Source of the DNA: Piedraia hortae CBS 480.64
Lineage: Eukaryota
Length of the DNA: 64,000 nt
Assembly: GCA_010093745.1 (NCBI GenBank)
Contig: MU005966.1
Coordinates: 1-64,000 of the forward strand
Reading direction: 5' to 3'
Below, piece after piece: positions 37,950 through 50,971 of the stretch. How positions within the stretch are numbered: position 1 is the first letter of the stretch; every line of letters begins with the position of its first letter. Under the pieces are notes generated by a model. It did no database searches, was not told where the DNA came from, and saw nothing but the letters and a program-made list of their open reading frames with translations. Made by a program: the position numbers and the translations under genes.

Positions 37950-40620
37950 CAAGACCTATGACCCAGGAAGTTCCCTGTCGGACGGGTGGGTTGTCTCAAA
38001 CATAATTTTCGAGGGACCGGTATAATACAACAAGATTATCAACGAGAGGCACTGTTTAACGGGAAGCACTGAGAGTATGGCACAGATCCGAGTTCGAACA
38101 GGATAATGTCTAGTATGGTAGCTCGAGAAGGTCGGGAGCCTGTTATGCACTCATGGGCTTTTCCATCAGAGCGCTTGGTCAGTATGGTGCATACGTACGC
38201 GGTACGCGCATGCCTGGCGAACCAGATCCGTGGAACAGCCATGAGACGAGAGGGTGAACCCTTAACACTCTGGTCCCGGATTTTCCAGACCGGAAGGGTT
38301 TCGTTCAGGATGGCGGGCGACGTTGACAAAGAAGGATTGCTGCGATGAAGGGGAAAGGAAAGGCTAAGTATAGCAAATTGGAAGCCCTTCTCTGGACGCA
38401 TAACGATCAACGCGCAAGTCACAGCGATTGAGGAACTTTCGTGCTTGGCGAGGTTGCAACTGCCAATTGGGCCCAACATAGCAACGTGGTGTAACAATTG
38501 GAACCATAAGCCAAACAAGCTACCGAGGGGTCCAATGTTGGAGGATGTGCGCCCTCAACGCAGAACGTTGACTTGCACGAAGCCCAGCTTTCCGCACTGT
38601 CAGGTTATGAGTCTGCGCCAACAACCCTCGGAAGGATAATTTTGCCTTAAATATGGAGCGTGGCAGTTTACCCTCCAGAATACATGTCAGATCCCAAATA
38701 GCCTGGTTTGGGCACAACAAAGGTTTTGGGGCACGATGTTGGTAGCCACGATCGATGCATCTCTACACTAAATTGGGCTGGCCAAGGAGAGAAGAACACA
38801 ATGTGACTTCGCGACATGAGTGAAGACCTCAAAAATTCACTGAGGATTTGGATAAATCCAAGGCTGAAGCTTTGGGAGCAACTCGTCCGCACGTCGATAT
38901 TTGGTTTGATCAACAAAGACGAAAGACTTTGACGTCCGTGGCCACCGCCCAAGATTCCTTCAAGCGGTGGAAGCCATGGCTGTACTTGGGCGTCTTCGAC
39001 TGACAACCCGTCCTCCCGCGTACGATACTAGCAAGGCGGAGTTCTGCCGGTCTTCCGGTAACATGTCGCAATCGAAAGGATGACATGCTGATGAAAGAAA
39101 TAAAAACAGGCGGTATGTGCGAGTGAGAACGATGGATGGAGAGCAGAGATGTGTTCATGAGTGAATACAAGTGCATCTACGAGGGGACATCAGAGAATGT
39201 ATTCTGGGCTGGAAGGCCCGTGCGTAGCCTCGTATGAGGAGTCATTAATCGTATGACCGTAAGCAAGTGGTCATACATGCAGTAAGACCGCCAGCATGCA
39301 GTCTTACTCGATGACTCACCTCTGCCAGTAGCAGGGCGCATTCACTATGTTGCATGCGACATGATCCTAAGGGAAACCTCTGTGAGAACAAAACCTAGGG
39401 TGCAGCTGCTGGTGTAAGAGGTGTCGCGTAATTGCATCGTACATTCATGGCAACGAGGCTTCATGCCAACAAGAAACACCAATCGACTGGGTGGTTGGCT
39501 TGCTTGATTCGTGAAGCAAAGCATTGCCGGCCAATAAGGGCATACAATTTCTTGGAACTCTCAGCGCAGATGACACACTCAGTGCTCGTCTTCTTATTCG
39601 GTGGTGCGATCAAGAAGTGCACCCCACTTTCGTCTCTGTCTGGAATGCAGTCGATGAGCTTGGCCTCAGCAAGAACAATCACAAAAACTCGCACTTGCAG
39701 ACTCTCTTTGTGCGGATGGGATGCGGAGAGTAATTTCCCTCTCATTCGCCGGCAAAGTTTTACTCGACTGCCAATAGCCTCCACTGTGAAAGCCAATCCA
39801 CAGGGCTTCCTCCTCGTGACCTGCCGCCGAAGTCTCACCTGGCTCCCGATGACTCCAAGGTCTAAATCATTTGTCTGCGCCAAATCAGAGGCTCAAACCG
39901 TAAAAATGTAGTGCAGACCAACTTACTCCACAGGCACACAGGTTTAGGCCAAAAACATGTAGTCTTTAAGTTAGTGTGTGGTCCCGGCTGCATTCTTCGC
40001 AAGAGCCTTTTCGCTGCCCGTCCTTGTTTTTTGGCTGGAGGAGTCAATTATCCTGGCTGGCTGTAAGAAATTTTTCACTGCGAAGAAGACGGTGAAAAAT
40101 CGAAAATTCGCCAAGGCCTCGGGGTCTCATGGTTCTTCCACCAAGTCTTCCCCAACACTGGAAAATCCTCAAGCGTGTCATCGCAGCAGAGTGTTCGGCT
40201 GCTAAGGACTATCAAATAATCCGAGCCGTGGTGTTCTTGCCACGCGCAGGGTCAAGCCTTCTGGGCCATTCAAGATTCGTTATCTCTATGCACCTGCGCA
40301 ATCTCGAGGTGAAGAGAGCACTTTTCATGCGAGTGGAACGCCAATCTGTCAGGAGAAGAGACTTGTCCTCCCTTGGACCGGACCGAACAAGCTTTTCATA
40401 TATCCACAAATACAAATGGCGAATTCCGAACCCAATCTCTCCATCTTCGCAAGCAAACCTCACTTCGATTAAATTTTCATGTCTGGCGGCCCAAGGCCCT
40501 CCTGCGTCAAACGCGTCTCGCAGACATTCAACGTCTGTCCGAATGCATGTGGCGGTCAAGCTCAGCCTGTGTGAGAGGTCTTTTCTGGTTTCAGATAAAC
40601 AGTGGCTTCTTTCGCCCATT
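37950..40620 (-). mobile_element. Degenerate Ty1/copia-like remnant interrupted by a family-C LTR
   Basis: TAYVCTILTKRSDGKAHECITGSRPS resembles the copia integrase C-terminal TAxYLxNR...TPxExxxGxxP; weak. Confidence 0.3.
39101..39471. mobile_element. Solo LTR, family C (inverted relative to 7098-7473)
   Basis: Homology to 7098-7473; perfect TSD AGAAA; left terminus decayed TG to TA. Confidence 0.9.
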
Positions 40621-40936
40621 TCGGGTATGAAGTCAGCTTAGAGGGTCATCGTGAAAGTGGGAAGTGTGGGCAGTAGATGCGTGGTGTTTGACCAAAAGCA
40701 AAGAATGTTCAAGATTGCTTCCTTTTTTTCCGCGTTGTTGCTGAGAGCCACTATTTCTCTCGCGCCAACGAGCGGGGAGAGGCTTGCCACACCTGGATGG
40801 AGAGATGTGACCTTACAGCTCAGCCTGCATGGGAGCCAAAGCCGACTTCCTAGTAAATAGTGGCCTCTTACATCTACATTGGCTACGAAGTCAGCATCAA
40901 TTTCGAGGACCCTGCGGCGTGGCAGATCCGGATTTG

Positions 40937-41164
40937 TGTTACGGTGCTCAGAGGAAAAAGTTCAATAAGTCCCAACAACGAGGACAATCCAGACTGCTAT
41001 CTACTGGGAAGCTAGGATGTTATAAACCAATCCAGAAGCGCCGTTCATTCGTGCGTGGTAGCGAGCGAAGCTATGAATAACTAGCAAGGCGCGTCGGTGT
41101 ATCAAATTCCCTGTGCGCTTAGGCGGCGCGGGTCGTCCCGCGCACACACAGCCTCGCCGTAACA
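40937..41164. mobile_element. Solo LTR, family B (inverted)
   Basis: TGTTACGG...CCGTAACA termini; TSD ATTTG/ATCTG (4/5). Confidence 0.92.
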
Positions 41165-41499
41165 ATCTGCTTCGTGGTCACCTCGTTTTTCACTAAATAT
41201 GAGCTCAAGATTACACCATTATTCCGTATTGTCGATTGGCAACTATTTAGTCTCTTCGGGCAGAAGTTGGCCTCGAAAAGACACTGTCGCAAGGTTCGTG
41301 TTAAGGCTGCACCAGAGCCACTACAATTCTCCAGTCCAGAGTGACGGTGGCACTTCTACGTCTATTAGGAATAAGAAGCCAACTTGCACTCCGCGGGCCT
41401 GTGCTGGGCAGCATATCCGGATCTAATTTGCTGACACACTGCTCCAGATCAAAAACATGTCGTGTTCAAGATTCCCTGTTATTTCCAAGTCATCGATTG

Positions 41500-42950
41500 G
41501 CTGTCGTTCAGCTTTTTGGGGCGGTAGATGGCTTTGGGAAAATCTCTGTCAAGAAGGCATGAACAAGCTCATTGAGCCTTGGTTTTTGGGTGGTTAAGTA
41601 AACGGCCTCACTCCAATTGGGATAGGTGACGCACCTTGGCTACATCGTGGCCCTATGAGTTAGTGAGGTAATGTCCAGTACAACCCGAAATTTTCCAAGA
41701 TGCAACACGGCCGAGTTCGCCATGGCGACGCTGCCACGCACAATCCTCCAAGGGATACATGCTTATGATATGGAATTCCTGGGTCTTATGACCTGCCTAG
41801 CCACACATTGCATGCCCGTGTGGCGCCTGACAGACCGCCATGACTGTCCTCTTCATTGTGCAGTGGCTCTTCGATGTCTTGACGGCTCGATAACTTTACG
41901 CTGTTAGTCGCGTCACGTTCGGTCCTCTCGGCTTTCGCCATGCCTCACATATCATGCATGCAGGTGGCCAAATTACCTACCGCTGATTCAAGGCTAAATG
42001 GCCTTTGTCTATCCCAGACCACCGGCTCCTTCACATCAATTGGCGCCATCTCGTTCAGAAACTTTCGGGCGATGAGGACACACAAGAGATGTTGCAATCC
42101 ATGGGTCACACTGCGGTGGGGTTAAACAATTTCTGATGACATGGAGGCAATGGCCTTTGACACACACCGTTTTCGGAGCATTGAGGATAATCGGACCCAA
42201 ATACCCACAATGTCATCTCGTACGCCTCAGTCGTTATCATTTGCAACGAGGTATTGATCTCATACATCGCATCCAAGGCGGTGTGGTCGGGCATCTTCTC
42301 AAATTACGCCTCAATCGAAAGAGGCGCACTTCCCGGTGGATCAAGGTCGAGATCAGATTTCCGCTCATCGTAGACGTCTACTTCGGTGCAAACGGGAGGG
42401 CATGGAGGATCGTTTACGCTTGAAGGCCAAAGAGCAAGAAGATCGTTGGCTGGTAAGTTTCGTGCACAAAGAAATATGACATATGTTCATTCCAACAAAG
42501 GTCTTAGGGGCTCGCAGTGTATTCCATGTACCTGGCCAGCAGCACCATTGGCCTGGAGTCTCCTAACCAGCTGACTCGGGCGGAAAAATTCGTCTTTGTG
42601 GTCTTCACCAAGGTATGCGTCCCGATTTTCCGAACTATGGTCCCGAAAATTGTGCAGTAAGTGTTCCCATAAAAGGCTCGGTTGTGTTCCAGAAGGTTAA
42701 CGATGTACAGTGGCTTGTTTTTGCTAAGGGCGCGAGCCTATCGGTCGCGACAGTGTAGTAGCCATGAGCGCAGAGTGGAGTGCCATGAAAGTCCCGTGAA
42801 AAGCCATCAAGAAGGGCACAAACTGTGTGGTGAGCCAAACGCTAAGGCTTGATACGGGTAAGTTGTCCTCACACCCGTACGCACCTGGAGTAAGTAGACT
42901 TGCTAACGCCAATCGAGGAGAAAAAGACTCATGCTGCTTCATGTGTCTTA
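41500..42950 (-). mobile_element. Degenerate Ty1/copia RT-region remnant
   Basis: DAMYEINTSL...LWVF (42106-42294) resembles the copia AMxxExxSL...KWVF; GAYGC lies upstream. Boundaries approximate. Confidence 0.4.
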
Positions 42951-45900
42951 TGCCGTAGACGCATTGTCGTTAAGGCCCGAACTGCGACCACAAAGTGTCC
43001 GACGGCTTGTCTCCAGACATGAATTCGGATTGAGACAGCACTGCTCCTTTGAGACAGCATTGCTTGTTTGATACAGCAAGGCGTGTCTGGGACAGCACTG
43101 CTTTGTCGGAGTCGGCGCCTCTTGCCATGGTCAGCGGTTTATAGGCATGGAGGCGCCCCAAGATAAAGGTCATCCTTTTGTGCTTTCTAGCTCCCGAGAT
43201 CACCTCTCTGTACGATCTGATATTATCCCGTCTGCCCAGTGTTCTAGACAAAGGCGGCGTCCAGGAAGCTTGACCCGGTGGTGGATTGCGAACTTCACAG
43301 ACCGCCCCATCCCGAATTTCAAGCAGAGCGAGAACCTTCAGGAGGATGAAGAGCGCGCCCCCGGAGACCGCCGCCGAATGGAATGCAAGTACGCCCGGAG
43401 AGCGGGATCTGCTCAAACGCTGACAGAGGCTTGTGGTACGAGATTTCCTTCTGTTCCTCACTCACCAATCACGATATTCTTGTCAAATAATCCGTTGGGA
43501 GGTGGAAGGGAATAGTAATTCGTTAACGTTATTCTTAGAACAACGAAAACATCTATAGAGTGTACGGTTCGGAGTGTACGATTTGTAGTGCCGTTATGGT
43601 GGAACATAATCTCTATCTCTCAAAGTAGAATGGCCAGTGCAATCGAGCAAGCCCATTGACTTATCTTTTGGACAAGCAGTACAGTTTCCGGATGGAATAC
43701 ACCACACGGCTGACAGAGTCTCTGCTTTCTGCTATGGATGTAGCCAAGCAATACTCGCGCGGTTTGGTGAGGGCAGACTGCGTGACTTCCAGTAATAGAT
43801 CTCCAGTACGCGCTTTCTCGGATTACTTGCAAGTGCCAATATTCATTTCCACGGCCTCTGGCCACTTTGGTCATTCAGAATGATCAAACGGCTGATATAC
43901 CATTTCCCAATGGTAAAGGTGTTATCAAATCCAGCGGTGAGGTACTGCAGCCAGTCTCATGGGAAGGAACTTCGAATGAATCAAATAGCCCAGCGGCATA
44001 TACTGGAGGACAATAAATGACTGTTGAATATATCGCGAGCGAGGCCCGTCTTCTCATGCTGTGGGTGTATGCCGTAGGGCCTGTACCGCGCGTTTCCCGA
44101 AGTGGATTTTGTCGCGTTCGCTCTAAGTGTCACAACGGACAGCTCGTTGTCACTTGTGCTCCGCCACCGCATCGTTATATAGTCCTTCCTGTTCGTAGCG
44201 TGCGATGAGGCGTTTCCATCTTAGTCATATAGGCTGTTTTCCTCCACACCGGGACGGCAGACATCATGTAAGACGCCATTCTGGGACATATACTCGCTCT
44301 TTTCTATTTTGTGATGAGGGAAAGGTGCTACAGAATCTCTCGAGTGCAGGCGGTACTATCACGCAATAGTATCCTTACCCAGCGTACACTATCGAGCCAT
44401 AAGCCACTAAATGCAGAACATCCATTAGTTTGCGCAGCGCAGTGGTCAATCGTTGGTGTGGAATCAATGGGTCCACGAGTCAGAATCACGCAAGGGCAGA
44501 ACACCCATTAGCTTCCACAAGAAAAGTTGCCAACGGTGCGTGGACGCCTTCGAAATTATTATAGGAGTTTAGAACAGAGCCAGTCCACCTGCCCTTAGCT
44601 TTACCACGAGTCAGAACATTCTCGTGACCGGAAACCCACTAGCTTCTGTGGTGGAGCGGCCAACAGAAGGGCTGTTCACTCACTCGAGGCGACGTCTTGC
44701 TGTCCAAAGATGCTCCGACAGTCGGTCCAAACCTGAACGGAGCTGTGGACACATCATTAGCAGACCAGCAGATTGTCCGTCCCCAACGGCATAGAATTTT
44801 CCATTTGCCGCGTCGCAACCGGTAATAGTCGCTTTGAAGCTCCGGAGCCGCTGACTTCAAGGTCCAGAACAACCGTCATCATCTCCATATCAAATTCCAC
44901 ATTTGACAGGTGTGGAGTGAGAAAAAACGAATCCTAGGCTGAAACGCGCCTCTTCAATGAACATCCATAGAGAAAAGAAAAATCGTGGGAAGGAAACTAA
45001 AAACGCCATACCGCTGAGTTGCCACAAGCAATGTGCCGGCTAGTGCTTCCCTGGCAAAACAAAGAAGGCACATCAACGGCGCCGTTGAGGCATGATCGTT
45101 GTGCAAACCCGCGAATCACAGAGCATCAGTGAGCGGGGTCTATATTAACCGCAAATGTATGGCACCGAGCATCCCCATATTGGTGGGCTGATAAGCAAGG
45201 AAAAAACCTTTCTCGGGCACCACTTCCATACGCCTGCTCATTAAATTGTGATCTAAAATCTAAAGATCAACGAGGCGGTATTACGCTTCCACGACATGAG
45301 CGGCGTCGCATTGCATTTGCAGTCATGCAGCCAGTGCTGCGACCTGCAAGAGACCGGTTCTTGTGGAACATAGGCTGCAGGCACACGCAAAGGCGTTAGT
45401 TTCCCAATCCCTCCCCAGGCTTGGGGGCCATCATGTATGCAGCATGCAGTAGTTGCAGATCATGGCATAGGGTAACGGTCGGGTAAGCGGCAGCAGCATC
45501 TATAACCTCATACCGAGGATCGCTTGTACACCTGGCGATTTCGCTTACGTGCGGAGAAGCGGTCGCGCGAAGGATCGTTGGGAGGTGAAAAGGACATTCG
45601 ATTCGACGTGTAGCATTGAAGTTCTGTGATCAACTGGTCGCAAGCACCGCCAGCTGTACCGCATTAGATAAGAGCATGAGCATCTTAGCTAATAGTAACC
45701 GAATATCTTGTTCACATCCCTGCACCCCCGGAAATAGACCCAGCTGTAATGGGCACGCCTGACATCATGACGATCATGTACCAAGGAACATACATAGTTG
45801 CACAACTGCCTTACTGGCCCTGTCGCAGGCGGAGTTGCAAAGACGGGATGAGACGGAATTGTAAGACGTTATCGCGAGCAGTGTTGCGGGCAGTTGTTCC

Positions 45901-46109
45901 CACGGGCGATGTCGGGATCTTGTTCCCAACCCCGCGGGTTCACCGATAACGTCGGAATCTGTTTCCATGGCTGTCGATCACGCCACTGCGGCTCACCAAC
46001 CAATGTACATGGCGGGGAGGAGTAAGATCTTCCTGTTCTCATCCCCAGACCAATATCAACTGTTGGGCAACTTTACAGGTAGGCAAGAAAGTTGGACAAA
46101 GTCCCGTCT

Positions 46110-46161
46110 TGTACCTGTGCTTGTGCCTGTACCTGTGCCTGTGCCTGTACCTGTGCCTGTG
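46110..46161. repeat. Hexanucleotide microsatellite (TGTRCC)x8-9 with 18-bp higher-order period
   Basis: tgtacc tgtgct tgtgcc tgtacc tgtgcc tgtgcc tgtacc tgtgcc tgtg. Confidence 0.95.
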
Positions 46162-47425
46162 GAGCGGGTCTCCATCCAGTAGGCAGACTATTTATATCCC
46201 TTCCTCTTAAGTCTTTGCGGGGAAGGGGCGAACCCGATATAATTAGCCCGCATAGGCAATGCACGTACGTAGCTCCGAGCCATTACATCTTGAATTTATG
46301 GAAAATGATGAGAAACGAGGCCAACCAACCAAGCAACATCATATACTAGCAGTAAACAACGATCCTCAACAAAAGATACGAACTAGAATCCAACCAAACA
46401 ACTCCTTAGCCACACCCCCAACCCGCGAATCCTAAGCGATATGGAAACTCCCTCCCCAACCCGATCGCAAAGAGTCCAATTGGCCACCATCCACCCCACA
46501 CACCTTATCCTTTCCCTATCTTACCCAGCCAAAAAAGAAAAGTTTGCAAAAACCCTCAATCTTCGATGCGATAGAATTATCCTCGCGCCACCGCATGTCT
46601 CTCACTAAAGCTCGCCACATAACGTGTCTAAGCAGCAAGGTATCACAAAGAAAACCATTTCCATGTTCCTCACGTCATACATCTCCAAAAACAGGCTCCG
46701 CCACCACCATACCACATAACCTTGCTTCACACACAACCACATCTTGCCACGAAGAAAACCGTTTCCGTGTCTCCCGACATCTCCAGAAACAGACCCCGCC
46801 ACCAAGTTGTTTGGAATGTTAAAATAGGAACAAGAAAACGTTCGGGTGAACACCGCCCTCGGCTTTTAAAAACAAAGAAAAAGGAATGTTTCCTGGGGTT
46901 GGGACCGGGTGACTTGAATTGGGCATTGCAACGATGATGTAGGAGGTGCTCTCGCACCGTGTAGGTAGGCAGGGAGTTGGGTAACGCAAAGCACGTGGCG
47001 GTACAGACAACTGAGAGAGGTAGGTACGCCCACGTGGGTGACACTGCTGGTGAGGCCAAAGTATGGGGTATTGTCGTCCCGTACATAGGGTGATGTTAGA
47101 GTCACATGGCGGTGTAGCAAGGAAGTTGCATAACGATGTACAAATGCATAGAACAGAAAGAATGACAGTGTAGGGAGGTAGAGTCAAAGAAAAATTTGAA
47201 GACAAGTGAAACAGTAGAGCCAGCCATTTTATCAACATTGGCAGGGTCATGGTATTTGCTTCCTCTCCCACACATCCACCTACACACCCCCCCACACCGA
47301 ACTGTCTTCGGCCTGTCGTGGTCATCTTCATAATCCCCACAATTGCCTCCTCCCTCACACCCTCCCAAATGGAATAGTAGATATAACCCTGTCAAAAGGT
47401 ATGTACAAGAAAGCAAAGAGATGTA

Positions 47426-50389
47426 TTACGCTTCAATCTTCTCCTCGTTATTATTTCTGTTGAGGACGATGGCCTTTCCAAATGGCGCCGTGGTCCTGCG
47501 TTTCGGTACGGGCTCGTGCTTGCTCCATCGATCGATATTGCGCATAAGAGCCTGAGTAGGGAATTCGAGCAGGGGTGTGAGGATGTAGGCAAGGAGGAAG
47601 AGCCAAAAGTAGGACGTAAGGAAGGTGATGATGAGATTCGCCCAATATGGAACGTGGGCCATGTGGAGTTCGACAGCCACCCACGCACCCCATGTCCACT
47701 GCACGAAGCCGTGAAGAAGGTAAATGGTCATGACATGCGGTCGCATCCAGAGGATGGGACGCAGAGACAGAAACCATTGTACCCAAGTAGACAGCTCGAC
47801 AAGAACTTGCAGACTGATGGAGAAGATGAGGATAGCCAGCGTGGGCTCAAAGTACTCGGGATAGATGCGGCCAATGGGTTTGCCAGTGAAGAAATTGGGG
47901 TGGATAGCGTTCTCATGCGACTCGAAAGACCAGACGCGGTTGGAGGCCCCGATGGCACAAGCCCCAAGGGCTAGAACGGTAGCACCGAGAATGATAAGAT
48001 AGCGCATCGGGGGACGCTGGTTCAGCGCTTTGCGCCACTTGTACGTGGCCTCCAGGTCGGAGAGCAGCAGACCGCACCAATGACAGGCGGCCCAGCTGCG
48101 AGCGTACCAGCCAAGGATGATGGCGAGGGCGTAGAAGCCGAAACGTTTGTATGGCGTGCAAATGTCACGAATCATGACAGTAGCAAGCAGGATCTGATAC
48201 GTGAACTGCAGCTGCACAGGAACGGTCCAGAGCACACCGACGCAATAATGGCTGACAATGGCCGGCACGGCGTTGGGCATCAGATAGGCCAGTTCGATGA
48301 GATTGTCCATGTAGACGCCAAAGTTGGGTGGTGCCACCACGTACGGCCACGTCGACCAAGACACCGATGGCAGATACTGCAACGCCGAAGTGATGTTCAT
48401 CGACAGCAGGAAATATTGGGCTGTGGCGATGATGAGGATGGGCACAAACAGACGGGGGGCACGGCGCAGCGTCTTCTTGGCCACGTCGTCCAGCCGCCCA
48501 TTCTTAAGGTAGTTTGTGGTCAAGAATCGCGTGGCAGTCAAGAAAAAGGGACCTATCCAGAGCTGTGTGAGGATGACGTTGCCGAGAATCTTGGCTAGAT
48601 ATTTTTCAGCCTTGGGGTAATGAGCAATCGGGCCAAAGTCCTCAGAGATGTACGGCCAGAAGGTCTGACAAAAATGATGCACTGACACGGCAAAACAGGC
48701 CACAGCAACCAGACCAGCGAGGTAGTCAATCTGCTTCTTGGGTGGAGGCGGAGTCTCGATGTGCAGTGGGTTGGTGACGCCCTTGACATCCGTCTCGGGC
48801 GGGTGCACGCGGACCTGGCCCTCCATCTCCTCGGCAGTAGGTGGTGCGCCCTGCTCCCTGAATGGCAGACCCGGCTGAAGATAGCTGGTGATGGTCGCGC
48901 TCTTCTCATCAAACGGGTTCTCGATGGCATGCGTGTCGGAGAAGGGATCGTGGTGCTCTTGCTGCGGCGCCTCATCGATGCGGCCAAGAACGGCAATTTC
49001 ATCCCCTCGGTCGCCCGAAGACCGCCCTTCGACTAGCGGACGCTCCTCCGGTCCGTTCTGCGGCGTGGAGGATCGCGGCAGACTGACCATACTAGCATAG
49101 GGAGGCACAGGCGTCTGTGCGCCCGAGCGCGGTGTGTGAAGACCGCTGTACATGGGCAGCGGGGTCTGGATACCGGGAGTCGAGTAGCCCGACGAGGTGC
49201 CAGACACAAAGTATCCCTTCTTGGTCGTCGAGCCATTTGACGAGCGCTGGTCCAGCGTGCCCTCGTTGGATGGCGGGGGCGCCCGCTTCGCGCGCCGATA
49301 CGACGGCCGCATCTTGTGGAACGGCGTACGGCGAAAGCAAGTGTTGATCAGCGCGAAGATGCCAAAGATGCTGCAGGCGGCCGCGACAACGCCAGCAAGA
49401 ACACGCAGACCACGCGGCCCACCCTCATCCTTCCACTTCCTCTCTGACTCGACGCCAAACGCGCTGTAGCCGCGCAAATCTGGGTCCTCTGTGGTGCACT
49501 GGGACTCGCCCGCGCAGCGTTTGTCGTAGTCGTGATGATCTGCGGCTGACATGGTCGACGAGTTGAAGAAGGCGCGCACGTAAAGCACGTAGGCTCGCGA
49601 GTTATCGCGCAGAGGCGGACCACCCATGTAGGTTGAGTCGCCGGTGGAGAAGGTGTGCAGAAACAGCGGCTGCCCAGCACGCGGCAGGGAGCGCTTCTTC
49701 TTGGTTAGCGACCGCGTGTTGTTGTCCGCGACCCAAAAGTCAACATTGGTCTTGTTCCAGTCCATGCGGACATGCGTAAAGTCGTCCCAGATGCGTACGC
49801 CGGCATGCTCGAGCGTTGTGAAGTTGGTGGTCCGCGTGGGATCGGGGAACTCCCCATTGACAAGGTACGCAGCTCGCGCCTCATCTGACGAATCCATGTT
49901 CATGAGCTCTGTACTGAGGCTCTCCGAGTCGTTGAAGCGCAGCTGGAAGGCGAGCGAGACACCGCCCGAAGCCGAGCCAGCGGGCCTCAGACCAGCACGG
50001 AAGGTGCCGTATTGGATATCCTGGCGAACAGAGCGGAGGCTGGCTCCGGTGACGAGATGATCTTGGGTTGCCGGGTCTGTCAACAACTCCAGAACCTGAT
50101 TTTCGGTGCTGAAGAAGGTGTTGCTGGTCAGCTTGACGTTATCCGGGCTCGCGCCGACGCGGTAGATGGAGTTCCATCCCTTCTCCTTGCGGTGCTTAAA
50201 GTCCTGCGCGATCCACTGGTCGGTGTCAATCGACTTGGACTCGTTGAAGTAGACGACGATGGCGTCAGTGAAGCGCTGCGAAGTCTTCGGATCACGGAAG
50301 CCGCAGGGGCAGTCCTTGGGCGACAGCTTGGCAGCCGACGCCAGCTGAGAGCCCAGCACCAGGCCACAGAGGCCCAGAGAGAGCAGCAT
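47426..50389 (-). CDS. Fusion protein: signal peptide, GH16/concanavalin-like domain, TM helix, disordered linker, acyltransferase-3 (OafA-like) multi-TM domain (987 aa)
   Basis: Hydrophobic signal peptide, CPCGF, DIQYGTFRA and RMDW...VDFWV GH16-type motifs; C-terminal ~10 TM helices with YLAGL...HHF, RRAPRL and LWTVPVQL; single intact ORF. Confidence 0.85.
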   Translation of the reverse strand: MLLSLGLCGLVLGSQLASAAKLSPKDCPCGFRDPKTSQRFTDAIVVYFNESKSIDTDQWIAQDFKHRKEKGWNSIYRVGASPDNVKLTSNTFFSTENQVLELLTDPATQDHLVTGASLRSVRQDIQYGTFRAGLRPAGSASGGVSLAFQLRFNDSESLSTELMNMDSSDEARAAYLVNGEFPDPTRTTNFTTLEHAGVRIWDDFTHVRMDWNKTNVDFWVADNNTRSLTKKKRSLPRAGQPLFLHTFSTGDSTYMGGPPLRDNSRAYVLYVRAFFNSSTMSAADHHDYDKRCAGESQCTTEDPDLRGYSAFGVESERKWKDEGGPRGLRVLAGVVAAACSIFGIFALINTCFRRTPFHKMRPSYRRAKRAPPPSNEGTLDQRSSNGSTTKKGYFVSGTSSGYSTPGIQTPLPMYSGLHTPRSGAQTPVPPYASMVSLPRSSTPQNGPEERPLVEGRSSGDRGDEIAVLGRIDEAPQQEHHDPFSDTHAIENPFDEKSATITSYLQPGLPFREQGAPPTAEEMEGQVRVHPPETDVKGVTNPLHIETPPPPKKQIDYLAGLVAVACFAVSVHHFCQTFWPYISEDFGPIAHYPKAEKYLAKILGNVILTQLWIGPFFLTATRFLTTNYLKNGRLDDVAKKTLRRAPRLFVPILIIATAQYFLLSMNITSALQYLPSVSWSTWPYVVAPPNFGVYMDNLIELAYLMPNAVPAIVSHYCVGVLWTVPVQLQFTYQILLATVMIRDICTPYKRFGFYALAIILGWYARSWAACHWCGLLLSDLEATYKWRKALNQRPPMRYLIILGATVLALGACAIGASNRVWSFESHENAIHPNFFTGKPIGRIYPEYFEPTLAILIFSISLQVLVELSTWVQWFLSLRPILWMRPHVMTIYLLHGFVQWTWGAWVAVELHMAHVPYWANLIITFLTSYFWLFLLAYILTPLLEFPTQALMRNIDRWSKHEPVPKRRTTAPFGKAIVLNRNNNEEKIEA

Positions 50390-50971
50390 TGCAGAGGGGA
50401 GAGCGCGGAGAGACAGAATGTAGAGAAGATCAGATTACAGGGCAAAAAACATGGGGGGCAGCTTGCTACTTCGGCTGCTTCCAGAGTGACACCACGCCCG
50501 ACGAGAAAGAAGACGGCGGAAAAGTGGGTCCAGCCGCCGCGGCAGGACCCAGAATGGAGCCGAGCGCTGATGACAGGGTTTGGATTGACGGAAATTTAGC
50601 TTTGTGGCGCGGGGCAAGCATGCCGTTGGGCTGCTCGTGAATATTGGTTTTGCGCAATTCTTTTTTGTTGTTTCATAAATAGCGCAATAGCGCGCGCATG
50701 GTAATTAACTGATAGTGAGCGCTGGGAAAGTCTGATAACCCGCATGATGACCCGTTTGATGGGATGGCCCGTTGGATGGCAATCAACCGCCACAGCACTC
50801 CAAGCTGCCACAACTCCTATACATGCTTTAACCGCGCAGCAGTAAAACTTCGAAGTGAATTTAGCCAACGTTGACACCCATCAGCCATACGTTAAGCTCC
50901 ACCAGCCATTGCAGCTCTCGTCAGCCACAGTGTTACACCCATCAGTCACGACATTCTCTCCAATTAACCAT

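Noticed and set aside
45967..46349. PVPVPV / QAQVQA / CTCACA repeat peptides
   Set aside because: Translations of a hexamer microsatellite; no evidence of coding.
46380..47360. Strand-biased region with several overlapping 80-180 aa ORFs
   Set aside because: No recognisable domain or consistent gene model.
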